A DNA stretch of 64,000 nucleotides. Origin: Rickettsiales bacterium (GTDB lineage Bacteria > Pseudomonadota > Alphaproteobacteria > Rickettsiales > SXRF01). The notes below the pieces were generated by a model that worked only from the letters and a program-made list of their open reading frames with translations, was not told the origin of the DNA and made no database searches. This document shows positions 40,178 through 49,224 of the stretch, piece after piece. The position numbers were made by a program, and so were the translations under genes. The stretch's first letter is position 1. Each line of letters starts with the position of its first letter. The stretch lies in the NCBI GenBank assembly GCA_033762715.1, contig JANRLL010000014.1, positions 11,626 to 75,625 on the forward strand, written 5' to 3'.

Positions 40178-40270
40178 TGGTGCGGGTAGAGGGACTTGAA
40201 CCCCACCGCTCATCGCACAGCGATGAGCATTCTTAAAGTGGCGCTCGCCGCCCTGACCGCCAACCCAAGC
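40178..40270 (-). pseudogene. degenerate tRNA-Leu-like sequence (class II tRNA remnant)
   Basis: The 3' 27 nt (GGGGTTCAAGTCCCTCTACCCGCACCA) are identical to the adjacent tRNA-Leu, and there is a perfect 8-bp variable-arm hairpin (CTCATCGC-tgt-GCGATGAG). The 5' acceptor strand (GCTTGGGT versus GCGGGTA) cannot pair with TACCCGC. No anticodon stem can be drawn around CTTTAAG. Confidence 0.55.
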
Positions 40271-40295
40271 GCCAGGCGTGGGGGTACAATTCATT

Positions 40296-40380
40296 TGGTG
40301 CGGGTAGAGGGACTTGAACCCCCACGCCTTACGGCGCTAGAACCTAAATCTAGTGCGTCTGCCAATTCCGCCATACCCGC
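40296..40380 (-). tRNA. tRNA-Leu (anticodon TAG)
   Basis: The reverse complement is GCGGGTATGGCGGAATTGGCAGACGCACTAGATTTAGGTTCTAGCGCCGTAAGGCGTGGGGGTTCAAGTCCCTCTACCCGCACCA. The acceptor is GCGGGTA/TACCCGC, the anticodon stem is CTAGA/TCTAG with loop TT-TAG-GT, there is a long variable arm, and CCA is encoded. Confidence 0.9.
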
Positions 40381-40530
40381 TGGGAAAAAATAAAACGCTA
40401 TATAATTCAATATATTATTTCATTTTGCAGAACAAATTACCAGTTGCTACTGGCAATGCGTCAATAGTTCCCCTATATTTAAATAGCAAGAATAAAGCGC
40501 ATCCCCATTCAAAGAAATCAAAGATAGCAT

Positions 40531-42933
40531 ATGACTCCTCCTGGTGACATTAAGACTGAAATTTTCCCCGTATTGCCGTTGCGTGACATCGTGGTATTTC
40601 CCTCGATGGTGGTCCCCTTATTTGTGGGCCGTGAGAAATCCGTACGCGCGTTGGAAGAAGTGGTAAAACGCGAAGGCAAAATCCTGCTGGTGACGCAAAA
40701 AAACGGCGGTGTGGACGATCCGAAAGAACAAGATATTTACCGTATGGGCACGGTTGGCAATATTTTGCAACTGCTGCGCCTGCCTGACGGCACGGTGAAA
40801 GTGCTGGTTGAAGGTGTGGCCCGCGCCAACATCACCGAATTTTTGAGCAACCCTGATTATTTCCAGGTGATTGCCGAATTGGTGACAGAAGAAGCCAACG
40901 ACAAGCATGAAACCGATGCGATGTTTCGCACCGTGCTCAGCCAGTTTGAGCAATATGTAAAACTGAACAAAAAAATCCAGCCTGAAACCTTAGGCACGGT
41001 CAATAAAATCAGCAACCCAAGCTTGCTCGCTGATACCATTGCCGCGCATATGTCGGTGGATATTGCTGAAAAGCAAAAAATCCTCGAGATGCTGTCGGTC
41101 ATTGGCCGCCTGGAGCATATTTTCAGCCTGATGGAAAATGAAATCGCCGTGCTCAACACTGAGCGCCGCATTCGTTCGCGTGTGAAACGCCAAATGGAGA
41201 AAACCCAACGCGAATATTATCTGAATGAGCAGATGAAAGCGATTCAGAAAGAATTGGGCGAAGGCGAAGATGGCCGCGACGAAATGGGCGAGATCGAAGA
41301 AAAGATCAAAAAGCTGCGCCTATCGAAAGAAACCCGTGAAAAAGCGCTGCATGAGATGCGTAAACTCCGCACCATGAGCAGCATGTCGGCCGAAGCCTCG
41401 GTGATTCGCAACTATCTGGATTGGATGGTGTCGCTGCCTTGGAAGAAGCCTACGCGTATCAAAACCGATTTGAAAAATGCGCAAAATATTCTCGATGATG
41501 ATCATTTTGGCTTGGAAAAAGTCAAAGAGCGTATTTTAGAATATCTGGCCGTGCAAGCGCGCACCAAACAGGTTCGCAGCCAAATTCTTTGCATCGTGGG
41601 CCCTCCTGGCGTGGGTAAAACCTCGCTGGCAAAATCGATTGCGCGTTCGACCGGACGTAACTTTGTGCGCATCAGCTTAGGTGGTGTGCGCGATGAAGCG
41701 GAGATCCGTGGTCACCGCCGTACTTATATTGGTTCGATGCCTGGCAAAATCATCCAGTCGATGAAAAAAGCTAAGTCGTCAAACCCGCTTATTTTGCTCG
41801 ATGAGATCGACAAAATGGGCTCCGACTTCCGTGGTGATCCGGCGGCTGCTTTGCTTGAGGTGTTAGATCCTGAGCAAAACGCAACCTTCAACGATCACTA
41901 TTTAGAAGTGGATTATGATTTGTCGGACGTCATGTTTGTGGCAACCGCCAACAGCATGAATATGCCGCGTCCATTGTTGGACCGTATGGAAGTGATTCGT
42001 ATTCCTGGCTACACGGATGACGAAAAAATCCATATCGCCAAGCGCTATCTCATTCCTAAGCAGCTCAAAAGCCATGGGTTGAAGAAGGATGAATGGTCGA
42101 TTACCGAAGACGGGCTGCGCGACATTATTCGTTATTATACACGCGAAGCCGGTGTGCGTAACCTGGAGCGCGAGATCGCTAACCTCGCACGCAAAGCGGT
42201 GAAAGATATTCTGCTCAAAAGCCGCAAGGCCATTAAAGTGGCGCCTGCTAACTTGGGCAAATATGCCGGCGTGCGCAAATACAGCTACGGCGAAGCCGAA
42301 AAAGAAGACTTAATCGGTATGGTAACCGGTCTGGCCTGGACCGAAGTAGGTGGCGATTTGCTCACGATTGAAGCAGTCATGATGCCAGGTAAAGGTAAAT
42401 TCACCACCACCGGTAAACTCGGTGACGTGATGAAAGAATCGGTAGAAGCAGCCGCTAGCTATGTGCGTTCGCGCTCGCTTGATTTCGGCATCATTCCTCC
42501 GACCTTCCAAACCAAAGACATCCACGTGCACGTGCCGGAAGGCGCAACGCCGAAAGATGGTCCGTCCGCAGGTATTGCGATGACGACAGCTATCGTGTCG
42601 GTGCTCACCGGCATTCCGGTGAAAAAGAACGTTGCAATGACTGGTGAGGTTACTTTGCGTGGTCGCGTGCTTGCTATTGGCGGCTTGAAAGAAAAGCTGC
42701 TCGCTGCTCTTCGCGGCGGCATTACCACGGTGTTGATTCCGCATGAAAACGTGAAAGATCTGGAAGAAATTCCTGATAACGTGAAGCGCGATCTGCAAAT
42801 CATTCCGGTGGAAACCGTCGATCAAGTATTGGCACATGCGCTATCGCGCGCGCCGGTAGCAGTCGAATGGACCCCACCCCCTCCTGGTACAGCCGTGCCT
42901 AAAGCGGATGGCGATAACATGGTGACGCATTAA
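40531..42933 (+). CDS. lon: ATP-dependent Lon protease
   Basis: 800 aa. It has the LON N-domain ([25 protein letters not shown]), Walker [10 protein letters not shown], Walker B ILLDEIDK and the catalytic serine context [17 protein letters not shown]. Confidence 0.97.
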   Translation: MTPPGDIKTEIFPVLPLRDIVVFPSMVVPLFVGREKSVRALEEVVKREGKILLVTQKNGGVDDPKEQDIYRMGTVGNILQLLRLPDGTVKVLVEGVARANITEFLSNPDYFQVIAELVTEEANDKHETDAMFRTVLSQFEQYVKLNKKIQPETLGTVNKISNPSLLADTIAAHMSVDIAEKQKILEMLSVIGRLEHIFSLMENEIAVLNTERRIRSRVKRQMEKTQREYYLNEQMKAIQKELGEGEDGRDEMGEIEEKIKKLRLSKETREKALHEMRKLRTMSSMSAEASVIRNYLDWMVSLPWKKPTRIKTDLKNAQNILDDDHFGLEKVKERILEYLAVQARTKQVRSQILCIVGPPGVGKTSLAKSIARSTGRNFVRISLGGVRDEAEIRGHRRTYIGSMPGKIIQSMKKAKSSNPLILLDEIDKMGSDFRGDPAAALLEVLDPEQNATFNDHYLEVDYDLSDVMFVATANSMNMPRPLLDRMEVIRIPGYTDDEKIHIAKRYLIPKQLKSHGLKKDEWSITEDGLRDIIRYYTREAGVRNLEREIANLARKAVKDILLKSRKAIKVAPANLGKYAGVRKYSYGEAEKEDLIGMVTGLAWTEVGGDLLTIEAVMMPGKGKFTTTGKLGDVMKESVEAAASYVRSRSLDFGIIPPTFQTKDIHVHVPEGATPKDGPSAGIAMTTAIVSVLTGIPVKKNVAMTGEVTLRGRVLAIGGLKEKLLAALRGGITTVLIPHENVKDLEEIPDNVKRDLQIIPVETVDQVLAHALSRAPVAVEWTPPPPGTAVPKADGDNMVTH

Positions 42934-42935
42934 TC

Positions 42936-43718
42936 ATGCGCGCGAGCGCCTGGTTAGCAAGCCTGGCAGGATTGTGTGTCATGAGCCAAGCGCTTGCGGC
43001 TGATGCGGTGCAAACCATCGATTTCACGCGCTCTTTTATTGATTATCAAAACAGTGCTGAGCGCCTAGGCTATGCGTATAGCGGGCGCTCACAGCTGACT
43101 TCTGCCCTTACCATCGAGCATGATGATAAGCGTGTGCACTATTATTTAGGGGCAGCCACGCGCGCGCAAGACAGTTTTGGCGATGATAGAAAATCCCTTT
43201 TTCTGAGCCCTAACTATGAATTCTATGTTATTCAAGGCCAAGGTGAGATGCAGTTTGCACGGGTTGGATCCAGTGCTGCCGGCACGGCCTTCACCCGCAA
43301 AAACAGCCTAGCCACCGCGCATACAATCACCACCTCCCCTGCACTCGTTCGCTATCAAACAAAGCAGCACCTGCCCACCATTGAGGCGGTCTCAGCCGCC
43401 TATAAGCAAGGACGTCCGCTGCAAGCACGCGTGAGCTACGATGAGCAAGGCCACCGCATTACGCTCGAATTTCCGATTGGCTTTATCAATGCCTCGGTGG
43501 ATGGCAAACATATCCAAATTCACACTGGTCCTATTTTGGTGCCGACCGCACCGTCTATCACCGCCAATAATTTTGATCAGCTACGACGTGCCTATATCGT
43601 GTTTAATTGGCTGGATCGCTTCCAGCTGCTTTTGGAAGATGAAGCCAGTGGCGGCGTCGATTATATCACGCCGAAGCGTGTAGACGCGGCCACTATCCAA
43701 ATTTTCGCCGGTGAGTAG
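42936..43718 (+). CDS. secreted hypothetical protein (260 aa)
   Basis: It starts 3 nt after the lon stop. The signal peptide is MRASAWLASLAGLCVMSQALA|ADA. No domain recognised. Confidence 0.6.
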   Translation: MRASAWLASLAGLCVMSQALAADAVQTIDFTRSFIDYQNSAERLGYAYSGRSQLTSALTIEHDDKRVHYYLGAATRAQDSFGDDRKSLFLSPNYEFYVIQGQGEMQFARVGSSAAGTAFTRKNSLATAHTITTSPALVRYQTKQHLPTIEAVSAAYKQGRPLQARVSYDEQGHRITLEFPIGFINASVDGKHIQIHTGPILVPTAPSITANNFDQLRRAYIVFNWLDRFQLLLEDEASGGVDYITPKRVDAATIQIFAGE

Positions 43719-44579
43719 TTAGCGGAAGACGACAGTTTTCTTGCCGTTTAACAATACACGCTGCTCGGCGTGATAACGCAGCGCCCGCGCCAAAACCTGG
43801 CATTCAATATCGCGTCCGATGGCTTCTAAATCTTCCGGCTGGTGGGTGTGATCCACGCGTGCGACTTCTTGCTCGATAATCGGCCCCTCGTCCAAATCGG
43901 TGGTCACGTAATGCGCCGTAGCGCCAATCAACTTCACCCCGCGTTCAAAGGCCTGTGAATAAGGTTTCGCGCCTTTAAAGCTCGGCAGAAAGGAATGGTG
44001 GATATTAATCGCCTTGCCTTGCAACACCGAGCACAGTTCCGGCGACAAAATCTGCATATAGCGCGCCAGCACCACCACATCGATGCGTTCGCGCTCGATG
44101 ATGGAAAGCAGCGTTTTTTCCTGCTCATCTTTATTTTCAGCTGTGACTGGCAAATGATAAAACGGCACATCATGCCAGCGCGCGGCTTTCTGCCAATCGG
44201 TATGGTTGGAGACAATGGCGGGGATCTGAATCGCAAGCTGCCCCGTGCTATAGCGGTAAAGCAGGTCATTCAGGCAATGGCCGTATTTCGACACCATAAT
44301 CAGCACGCGGCTTTTATAGGTGCGATCGGTGATCTGCCACTGCATGGAAAAACGTTGCGCAATCTGCTGATCGAAGCGGGCTTTCAACTCGTCAAAGTTC
44401 GGCGCGTGCGGTTCGGCTGAGAATTCAATGCGCAGGAAAAAGCGGCCCGTCGAGGCGTCACCATGCTGGGCTGACTCAATAATGAAGCCGTAATTATCGG
44501 CCAGAAAATTAGTCACCGCCGCCACGATGCCACGCACGTCATTACAAGACAAGGTCAGGATATAATGCGGTTGGGTCAT
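43719..44579 (-). CDS. purU: formyltetrahydrofolate deformylase
   Basis: 286 aa with an N-terminal ACT-like domain (ILTLSCNDVRGIVAAVTNFL) and a formyltransferase domain (INIHHSFLPSFKGAKPYSQAFERGVKLIGATAHYVT). Its start overlaps the kinase stop (ATGA). Confidence 0.92.
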   Translation of the reverse strand: MTQPHYILTLSCNDVRGIVAAVTNFLADNYGFIIESAQHGDASTGRFFLRIEFSAEPHAPNFDELKARFDQQIAQRFSMQWQITDRTYKSRVLIMVSKYGHCLNDLLYRYSTGQLAIQIPAIVSNHTDWQKAARWHDVPFYHLPVTAENKDEQEKTLLSIIERERIDVVVLARYMQILSPELCSVLQGKAINIHHSFLPSFKGAKPYSQAFERGVKLIGATAHYVTTDLDEGPIIEQEVARVDHTHQPEDLEAIGRDIECQVLARALRYHAEQRVLLNGKKTVVFR

Positions 44580-46696
44580 GAGGCTTTTTTCTGTTTCATC
44601 AGTGGGATTAAATCGGCGTTATGGCGCATCAAATAACATTCAAAGCGCGCGCCTTTACCCAGTTCCGAATGCAGCACCACACGGCCGCCATGCAGTTCGA
44701 TAAAGCTTCGTACGATGGAAAGTCCAAGGCCGGTACCCGAGCGCTGACCTGATTTTCCGCGTGCCGCCTCTTGGTTTTTACCCTTATAGAATTTGCTGAA
44801 AATCGCTTCTTGCTCTTCCGGCGCGATGCCATGGCCATGATCTTCTACCCACAGCATCAGCTCTTCTTCGCTTACTTCTTTAGCGCCCAGCGTGATGGTG
44901 TCGCCTTCTTTCGAATAGGTGATTGCATTCGACAGCAGGTTGAACATGATTTGCTTGATGCGGGTTTCATCACCGGTCATTTTGCCGATTTTGGATGCGC
45001 ATTCAAATTTCACGATGAGGTTATGCTCTTTCACGCGCTCTTCAATGAGCAGCGCTACTGATTTCATCATCGCATAAATATCAAATTTCGTGACTTCCAG
45101 GCGCATATAGCCCGCTTCCACGCTAGCTAGATCGAGAATGTCGTTGATGATGAGCATAAGCCGCTCAGACGATTGCTGGATGCCTTCGACATATTCTTTT
45201 TGTTTTACCGAAAGCGGGCCAAAATATTCCTGGCCGAGCATTTCCGAAAACCCAATGATGGAGGTCAGCGGCGAGCGCAGCTCATACGACACGTTCGCCA
45301 AGAACTCGGTTTTGAGGCGGTCGGCTTCTTGCAGCGCTTCGTTACGCTCACGCAAGCTGCGTTCCACTAAGGATGAATCGGTAATATCGAGATAGGTAAT
45401 CAGCGTCGCCCCGTCCGGCAGCACTACTTTGCGCCAATCCAGCACCTTGCCATCGACGCGCTCAATATGCTTCGAGCGCACATTGCGCACCTGTATATCT
45501 TCGATATGCTGCTTTTTAAACTGATCCCAATCCTCATAGAGATAGAGCGATTTGCATTTCTCGATAATGTCGGAGATATGCGGTTCGCTACGCGCCAACT
45601 CAGGGTCAATATTCCACAGCGATAAATAGCCAGGGTTATTCAGCTTCAAGCGGCCATTTTCGCCAAACACCGCTACCGCTTCGTGCAAATGATCGAGCGT
45701 TTCGCGCTGCACGGCGATCAAGGTGTTATAGGAACGCTCCAGCGCCAATCGGTCGGTCACATCTTCATAGGCAAATAAAATACCGCCCAGTGCGTGCGGA
45801 ATGGCAATCACTCGCAGCGCCTTACCATCCGGCAGGTAATAAAACTCTTCTTGCGGTTCGATCAGATCGGTAAAGAGCTTCAGCTGCTGCTGCTTAAAGA
45901 GCTGGAAATTGGCCTGTTCTGGCAGGCTGCGTTTTTCGCGCAGTACTTCTAGAATTTCGCTATAGGTAGGCTGCGTATCCAGCCAGGTTTCATCAAATTT
46001 CCACAGCGCCACAAAGGCGTAGTTAAAGGTTTTAAGGCGCATATCGGCGCCGTAAATGGCCATAGCGCTGGCTGAGCTTTCCAGCAGATCATCCTGCGCG
46101 GAAATATGACGCGCCACATCTTCTTTCAGTGCATCGATTTCGCTCATATCCACCGCAAAGCCCACCAGCATTTTTTGCTCGGGCACTGGTAGCTCCGTGA
46201 TATGGTAGAGCTTGCGCTCACCGCCTACGACAATATGGCGCAGCTCGCTGACCGGACGGTTGGTTGCAAGCGCGTTTTTAGCCATGGTATGCACATATTG
46301 ATCGAGCTCGGGAATGCCATCTTCACCGACAATATCTTCGATCGCTTCGCTATAGGCTAGGTTATGCCAGCGGATTTTAAGCGATGTTTCGCGATGCCAA
46401 ACCAAATAAGGCGCAATATCGAGCGTGGTTTTATAATGTTTATTGTCGGCTCTCAACTGATCAGCTTCACGGCGAAGCTCGGCGTTTTCAGCAATAATAC
46501 GATCCACATCTTTTTTGGCTGCCTGCACCTGGATGCGTTGGCGCTCCCACAGCAATACGAAGAACGCAACAAACGCTAACCCCAGCGCTAAAAACCGCGC
46601 GGCATCATGTTGGCCGTTAAACCAAGCCAGTGCAATCGCAGCGCCTATAAGAGCATAGGCTGCAATAACGACATTCGACTGCTGTTTGCTATCCAT
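44576..46696 (-). CDS. divL: DivL-type sensor kinase homolog (PAS repeats, HisKA with Tyr in place of the phospho-acceptor His, HATPase_c)
   Basis: Two N-terminal TM segments and a coiled coil are followed by about three PAS-like repeats. The H-box is FLANVSYELRSPLTSIIGFSEML, with TAT=Tyr at 45284-45286 where His is canonical. The N, G1 and G2 boxes are present (LLSNAITYS, EDHGHGI, GTGLGLSIV). The track start at 46735 is a TTG, so the first ATG (46694-46696, MDSKQQ) is used here. The true start is uncertain. Confidence 0.65.
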   Translation of the reverse strand: MDSKQQSNVVIAAYALIGAAIALAWFNGQHDAARFLALGLAFVAFFVLLWERQRIQVQAAKKDVDRIIAENAELRREADQLRADNKHYKTTLDIAPYLVWHRETSLKIRWHNLAYSEAIEDIVGEDGIPELDQYVHTMAKNALATNRPVSELRHIVVGGERKLYHITELPVPEQKMLVGFAVDMSEIDALKEDVARHISAQDDLLESSASAMAIYGADMRLKTFNYAFVALWKFDETWLDTQPTYSEILEVLREKRSLPEQANFQLFKQQQLKLFTDLIEPQEEFYYLPDGKALRVIAIPHALGGILFAYEDVTDRLALERSYNTLIAVQRETLDHLHEAVAVFGENGRLKLNNPGYLSLWNIDPELARSEPHISDIIEKCKSLYLYEDWDQFKKQHIEDIQVRNVRSKHIERVDGKVLDWRKVVLPDGATLITYLDITDSSLVERSLRERNEALQEADRLKTEFLANVSYELRSPLTSIIGFSEMLGQEYFGPLSVKQKEYVEGIQQSSERLMLIINDILDLASVEAGYMRLEVTKFDIYAMMKSVALLIEERVKEHNLIVKFECASKIGKMTGDETRIKQIMFNLLSNAITYSKEGDTITLGAKEVSEEELMLWVEDHGHGIAPEEQEAIFSKFYKGKNQEAARGKSGQRSGTGLGLSIVRSFIELHGGRVVLHSELGKGARFECYLMRHNADLIPLMKQKKAS

Positions 46697-46849
46697 AATT
46701 CTATTGATAAACAAAAACCTAGGCTCTGTCAGCAACTATCAGAATCGCTTGGGTATGGAATAAGGCCAATCGAAACGCGCTTGCCAGGAGGCGAGCCAGC
46801 CGTGAGAGTGCTTCATGCGATTGCAAGCAGGCAATCGCGGAAGCGCCCA

Positions 46850-48169
46850 TTAATAACGGTAAGCGTCGGGTTTAAATGGCCCATTTTGGTTCACACCAAT
46901 ATAGTCCGCTTGGTCTTTGCTCAATTTGGTGAGCTTCACGCCGAGCTTTTCCAGATGCAACAAAGCTACTTTTTCATCCAGATGTTTAGGCAGCTTATAG
47001 ACCTTGTTTTCATATTTGCTGTGATGCTTCCACAACTCGATTTGCGCTAGTACCTGGTTTGAAAACGAGGTGCTCATCACGAAGCTAGGATGTCCGGTTG
47101 CGCAGCCCAGATTCACCAGGCGACCTTTGGCCAACAGAATAAGGCGTTTGCCGTCGGGGAAAGTGATTTCATCCACCTGCGGTTTGACTTCTTTCCATCT
47201 CAGGTTCTTAAGCGCTGCCACCTGGATTTCGCTGTCGAAATGGCCGATATTGCACACAATCGCACGATCTTTCATCGCGCGCATATGATCAAGCGTGATC
47301 ACATCGACGTTGCCGGTCGCGGTGACAAAAATATCACCCTGCACCGCCGCTTCATCCATGGTGAGCACTTGGTAGCCTTCCATTGCCGCTTGCAATGCGC
47401 AGATTGGATCGATTTCGGTTACGATCACGCGAGCACCTTGACCTTTGAGCGCATGTGCGCAGCCTTTGCCCACGTCGCCATAGCCCGCCACAATCGCCAC
47501 TTTACCGGCAAACATCACGTCGGTGGCACGTTTCAGGCCATCCGGCAGCGATTCACGGCAGCCATAAAGATTGTCGAATTTCGATTTAGTGACCGAGTTG
47601 TTCACGTCGATCGCAGGCACTTTAAGCGTGCCGGCTTTCACCATCTCATGCAGGCGATGTACGCCGGTGGTGGTTTCTTCCGAGATGCCTTTAACGTCTT
47701 TAAGCATCTGTGGGTATTTTTCATGCATGATTTTGGTGAGGTCACCGCCATCATCCAAAATAATATTCGGAGTCCATCCATCAGGGCCTTGAATGGTTTG
47801 CTCGATGCACCATTCATATTCTTCTTCGGTCTCACCTTTCCAGGCAAACACTGGAATGCCGGCAGCCGCAATCGCAGCAGCGGCTTGGTCTTGGGTCGAG
47901 AAAATATTGCAGCTGCTCCAGCGTATGGTCGCGCCTAACGCCGTCAGCGTTTCAATCAACACGGCCGTTTGAATGGTCATATGCAAACAACCGACAATGC
48001 GCGCGCCTTTAAGCGGTTGTTCTTTACCGAACTCGGCACGAAGTGCCATCAATCCTGGCATCTCGGTTTCAGCAAGCGAGATTTCATTGCGGCCCCATTC
48101 AGCCTGCGACATGTCTGCCACTTTGTAATCGGTGAAATTGGGGTTAGCAGCTTTTGCGGTCATGGGCAT
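46850..48169 (-). CDS. ahcY: adenosylhomocysteinase
   Basis: The sequence is strongly AhcY-like ([42 protein letters not shown]-terminal PFKPDAYRY). The start is set to ATG 48167-48169 (MPMTAK; ATG 48161-48163 is equally possible), with AGGAAG upstream. The 516-aa ORF extension is rejected. Confidence 0.95.
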   Translation of the reverse strand: MPMTAKAANPNFTDYKVADMSQAEWGRNEISLAETEMPGLMALRAEFGKEQPLKGARIVGCLHMTIQTAVLIETLTALGATIRWSSCNIFSTQDQAAAAIAAAGIPVFAWKGETEEEYEWCIEQTIQGPDGWTPNIILDDGGDLTKIMHEKYPQMLKDVKGISEETTTGVHRLHEMVKAGTLKVPAIDVNNSVTKSKFDNLYGCRESLPDGLKRATDVMFAGKVAIVAGYGDVGKGCAHALKGQGARVIVTEIDPICALQAAMEGYQVLTMDEAAVQGDIFVTATGNVDVITLDHMRAMKDRAIVCNIGHFDSEIQVAALKNLRWKEVKPQVDEITFPDGKRLILLAKGRLVNLGCATGHPSFVMSTSFSNQVLAQIELWKHHSKYENKVYKLPKHLDEKVALLHLEKLGVKLTKLSKDQADYIGVNQNGPFKPDAYRY

Positions 48170-48236
48170 GGGTCTTCCTTTTCGATTAGATATGGGCGGA
48201 AAACTAGCCGCTAGAGCGCCAAATCGCAAGCAAAAT

Positions 48237-48737
48237 CTAACTTTGCTGGATCTCGATGAGGCTAGCTGGATCGCAGTGCTTGAGGATGTCCAGTAAATCG
48301 GTTTTAGCAAGCGCCACACAGCCTTCGGTCGGCTCATACTGTGGTTTGGCCACATGCATAAAAATGGCGCTGCCCTTGCCAGCGAGCACTGGTTCGTCAT
48401 TATAGCCCAAGGGCACGATCAGATCATACACATCGTCTGCCCGCCACAGCATCTCATGCGAATAGGCGAATGGCAGTGAAACATGGCGGTTATAGTCGGA
48501 GCTGGATGGATCATCGCACCAGCCATCTTGCTGGGTGATGGTTCTAAGCGCGAGCGATGTTTTGGGTACCGTAAGCTTATCGGGGCGATACCAGCATTCG
48601 CGTAGCATAAATTGACCCAGCGGTGTACAGCCATCACCTTCCCGCTTGGCGACAGACAAGCCACCTTTGCCAATCGCACAGCGATAGACCTTGTCTCCTA
48701 AGAAGAGCTGATTTTGTTTTACAAGCAGGTGGGTCAC
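48237..48737 (-). CDS. L,D-transpeptidase catalytic-domain (YkuD-like) family protein
   Basis: 166 aa. [22 protein letters not shown] fits the H-x(n)-G-C active-site signature. No signal peptide is visible. The GTG start overlaps the stop of the upstream ORF (GTGA). Confidence 0.7.
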   Translation of the reverse strand: MTHLLVKQNQLFLGDKVYRCAIGKGGLSVAKREGDGCTPLGQFMLRECWYRPDKLTVPKTSLALRTITQQDGWCDDPSSSDYNRHVSLPFAYSHEMLWRADDVYDLIVPLGYNDEPVLAGKGSAIFMHVAKPQYEPTEGCVALAKTDLLDILKHCDPASLIEIQQS

Positions 48738-49129
48738 ACGATCGAGTGCTCAGAATTGGTTAGCGCGTTTTCGCGTTCTCTTCGTATCATGTCTTGGAAG
48801 GATTTGGAAGTGCTTGGCTCCGACACGAAAATCCCTTTGCCGATATTCTGGCTCTGCAAAACGGTTTGCAGGTGCTTCTCATCAATATCGATGGTAGCTG
48901 CTTCTTTGGCGAGGAGAATATTGCTTGCCGCAATACCACTGAAGGCAAGGCCTGCTGCGGCGATAAAGCCTAAGGTTGTAGGCGCCAATACAGCAACTGT
49001 CACCGCAACGCCAACGCTTGCCACAAAGGCTGCCAGTGCTTTAAATGTAAATTGAGAGCGGCGCCGAATGATGTCTTGTTTCATGGCGGTGGCGCGTTCA
49101 TCAGCTTCAAATAATGAGAGATCGGCCAT
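48734..49129 (-). CDS. bilobed-hydrophobic hairpin membrane protein (131 aa); family unknown
   Basis: ATG start. A soluble N-terminus is followed by FKALAAFVASVGVAVTVAVLAPTTLGFIAAAGLAFSGIAASNILLA (two lobes joined at APTT). The C-terminal ~50 aa are soluble. Confidence 0.6.
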   Translation of the reverse strand: MADLSLFEADERATAMKQDIIRRRSQFTFKALAAFVASVGVAVTVAVLAPTTLGFIAAAGLAFSGIAASNILLAKEAATIDIDEKHLQTVLQSQNIGKGIFVSEPSTSKSFQDMIRRERENALTNSEHSIV

Positions 49130-49224
49130 ATGCGCATAGTTATAGCATAAAACAGACCTGGCTTTCGTGAAGCTTTTATGAATTTTTCGTTAAAAATATC
49201 TAATTATTGATATTTTTCAGAGTA

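Noticed and set aside
40441-40530. Heat-shock (sigma-32 type) promoter for lon. CCCCTATAT at 40470-40478 resembles the CCCCATNT -10 element.
   Set aside because: No acceptable CTTGAA-like -35 lies at 13-17 nt spacing (the nearest TTGCTA is about 20 nt away). This is mentioned only as a lead.
48170-48236. Possible SAH riboswitch in front of ahcY.
   Set aside because: Only about 67 nt are available between the upstream stop and the ahcY start. I cannot find the conserved SAH-element helices or pseudoknot by eye. This would need an Infernal scan to exclude formally.
46850-48400. N-terminal extensions in the ORF track. They affect ahcY (516 aa), birA (to 16767), lolD (to 7491), the HIT gene (from 62446), the histidine phosphatase (to 33060), argD (to 54150), nuoB (to 33559) and pabB (from 458).
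   Set aside because: The extensions begin at TTG/GTG or run through the upstream gene, and they encode junk-like sequence. Internal ATGs give canonical N-termini, SD sequences and ATGA/TAATG coupling to the neighbouring genes.
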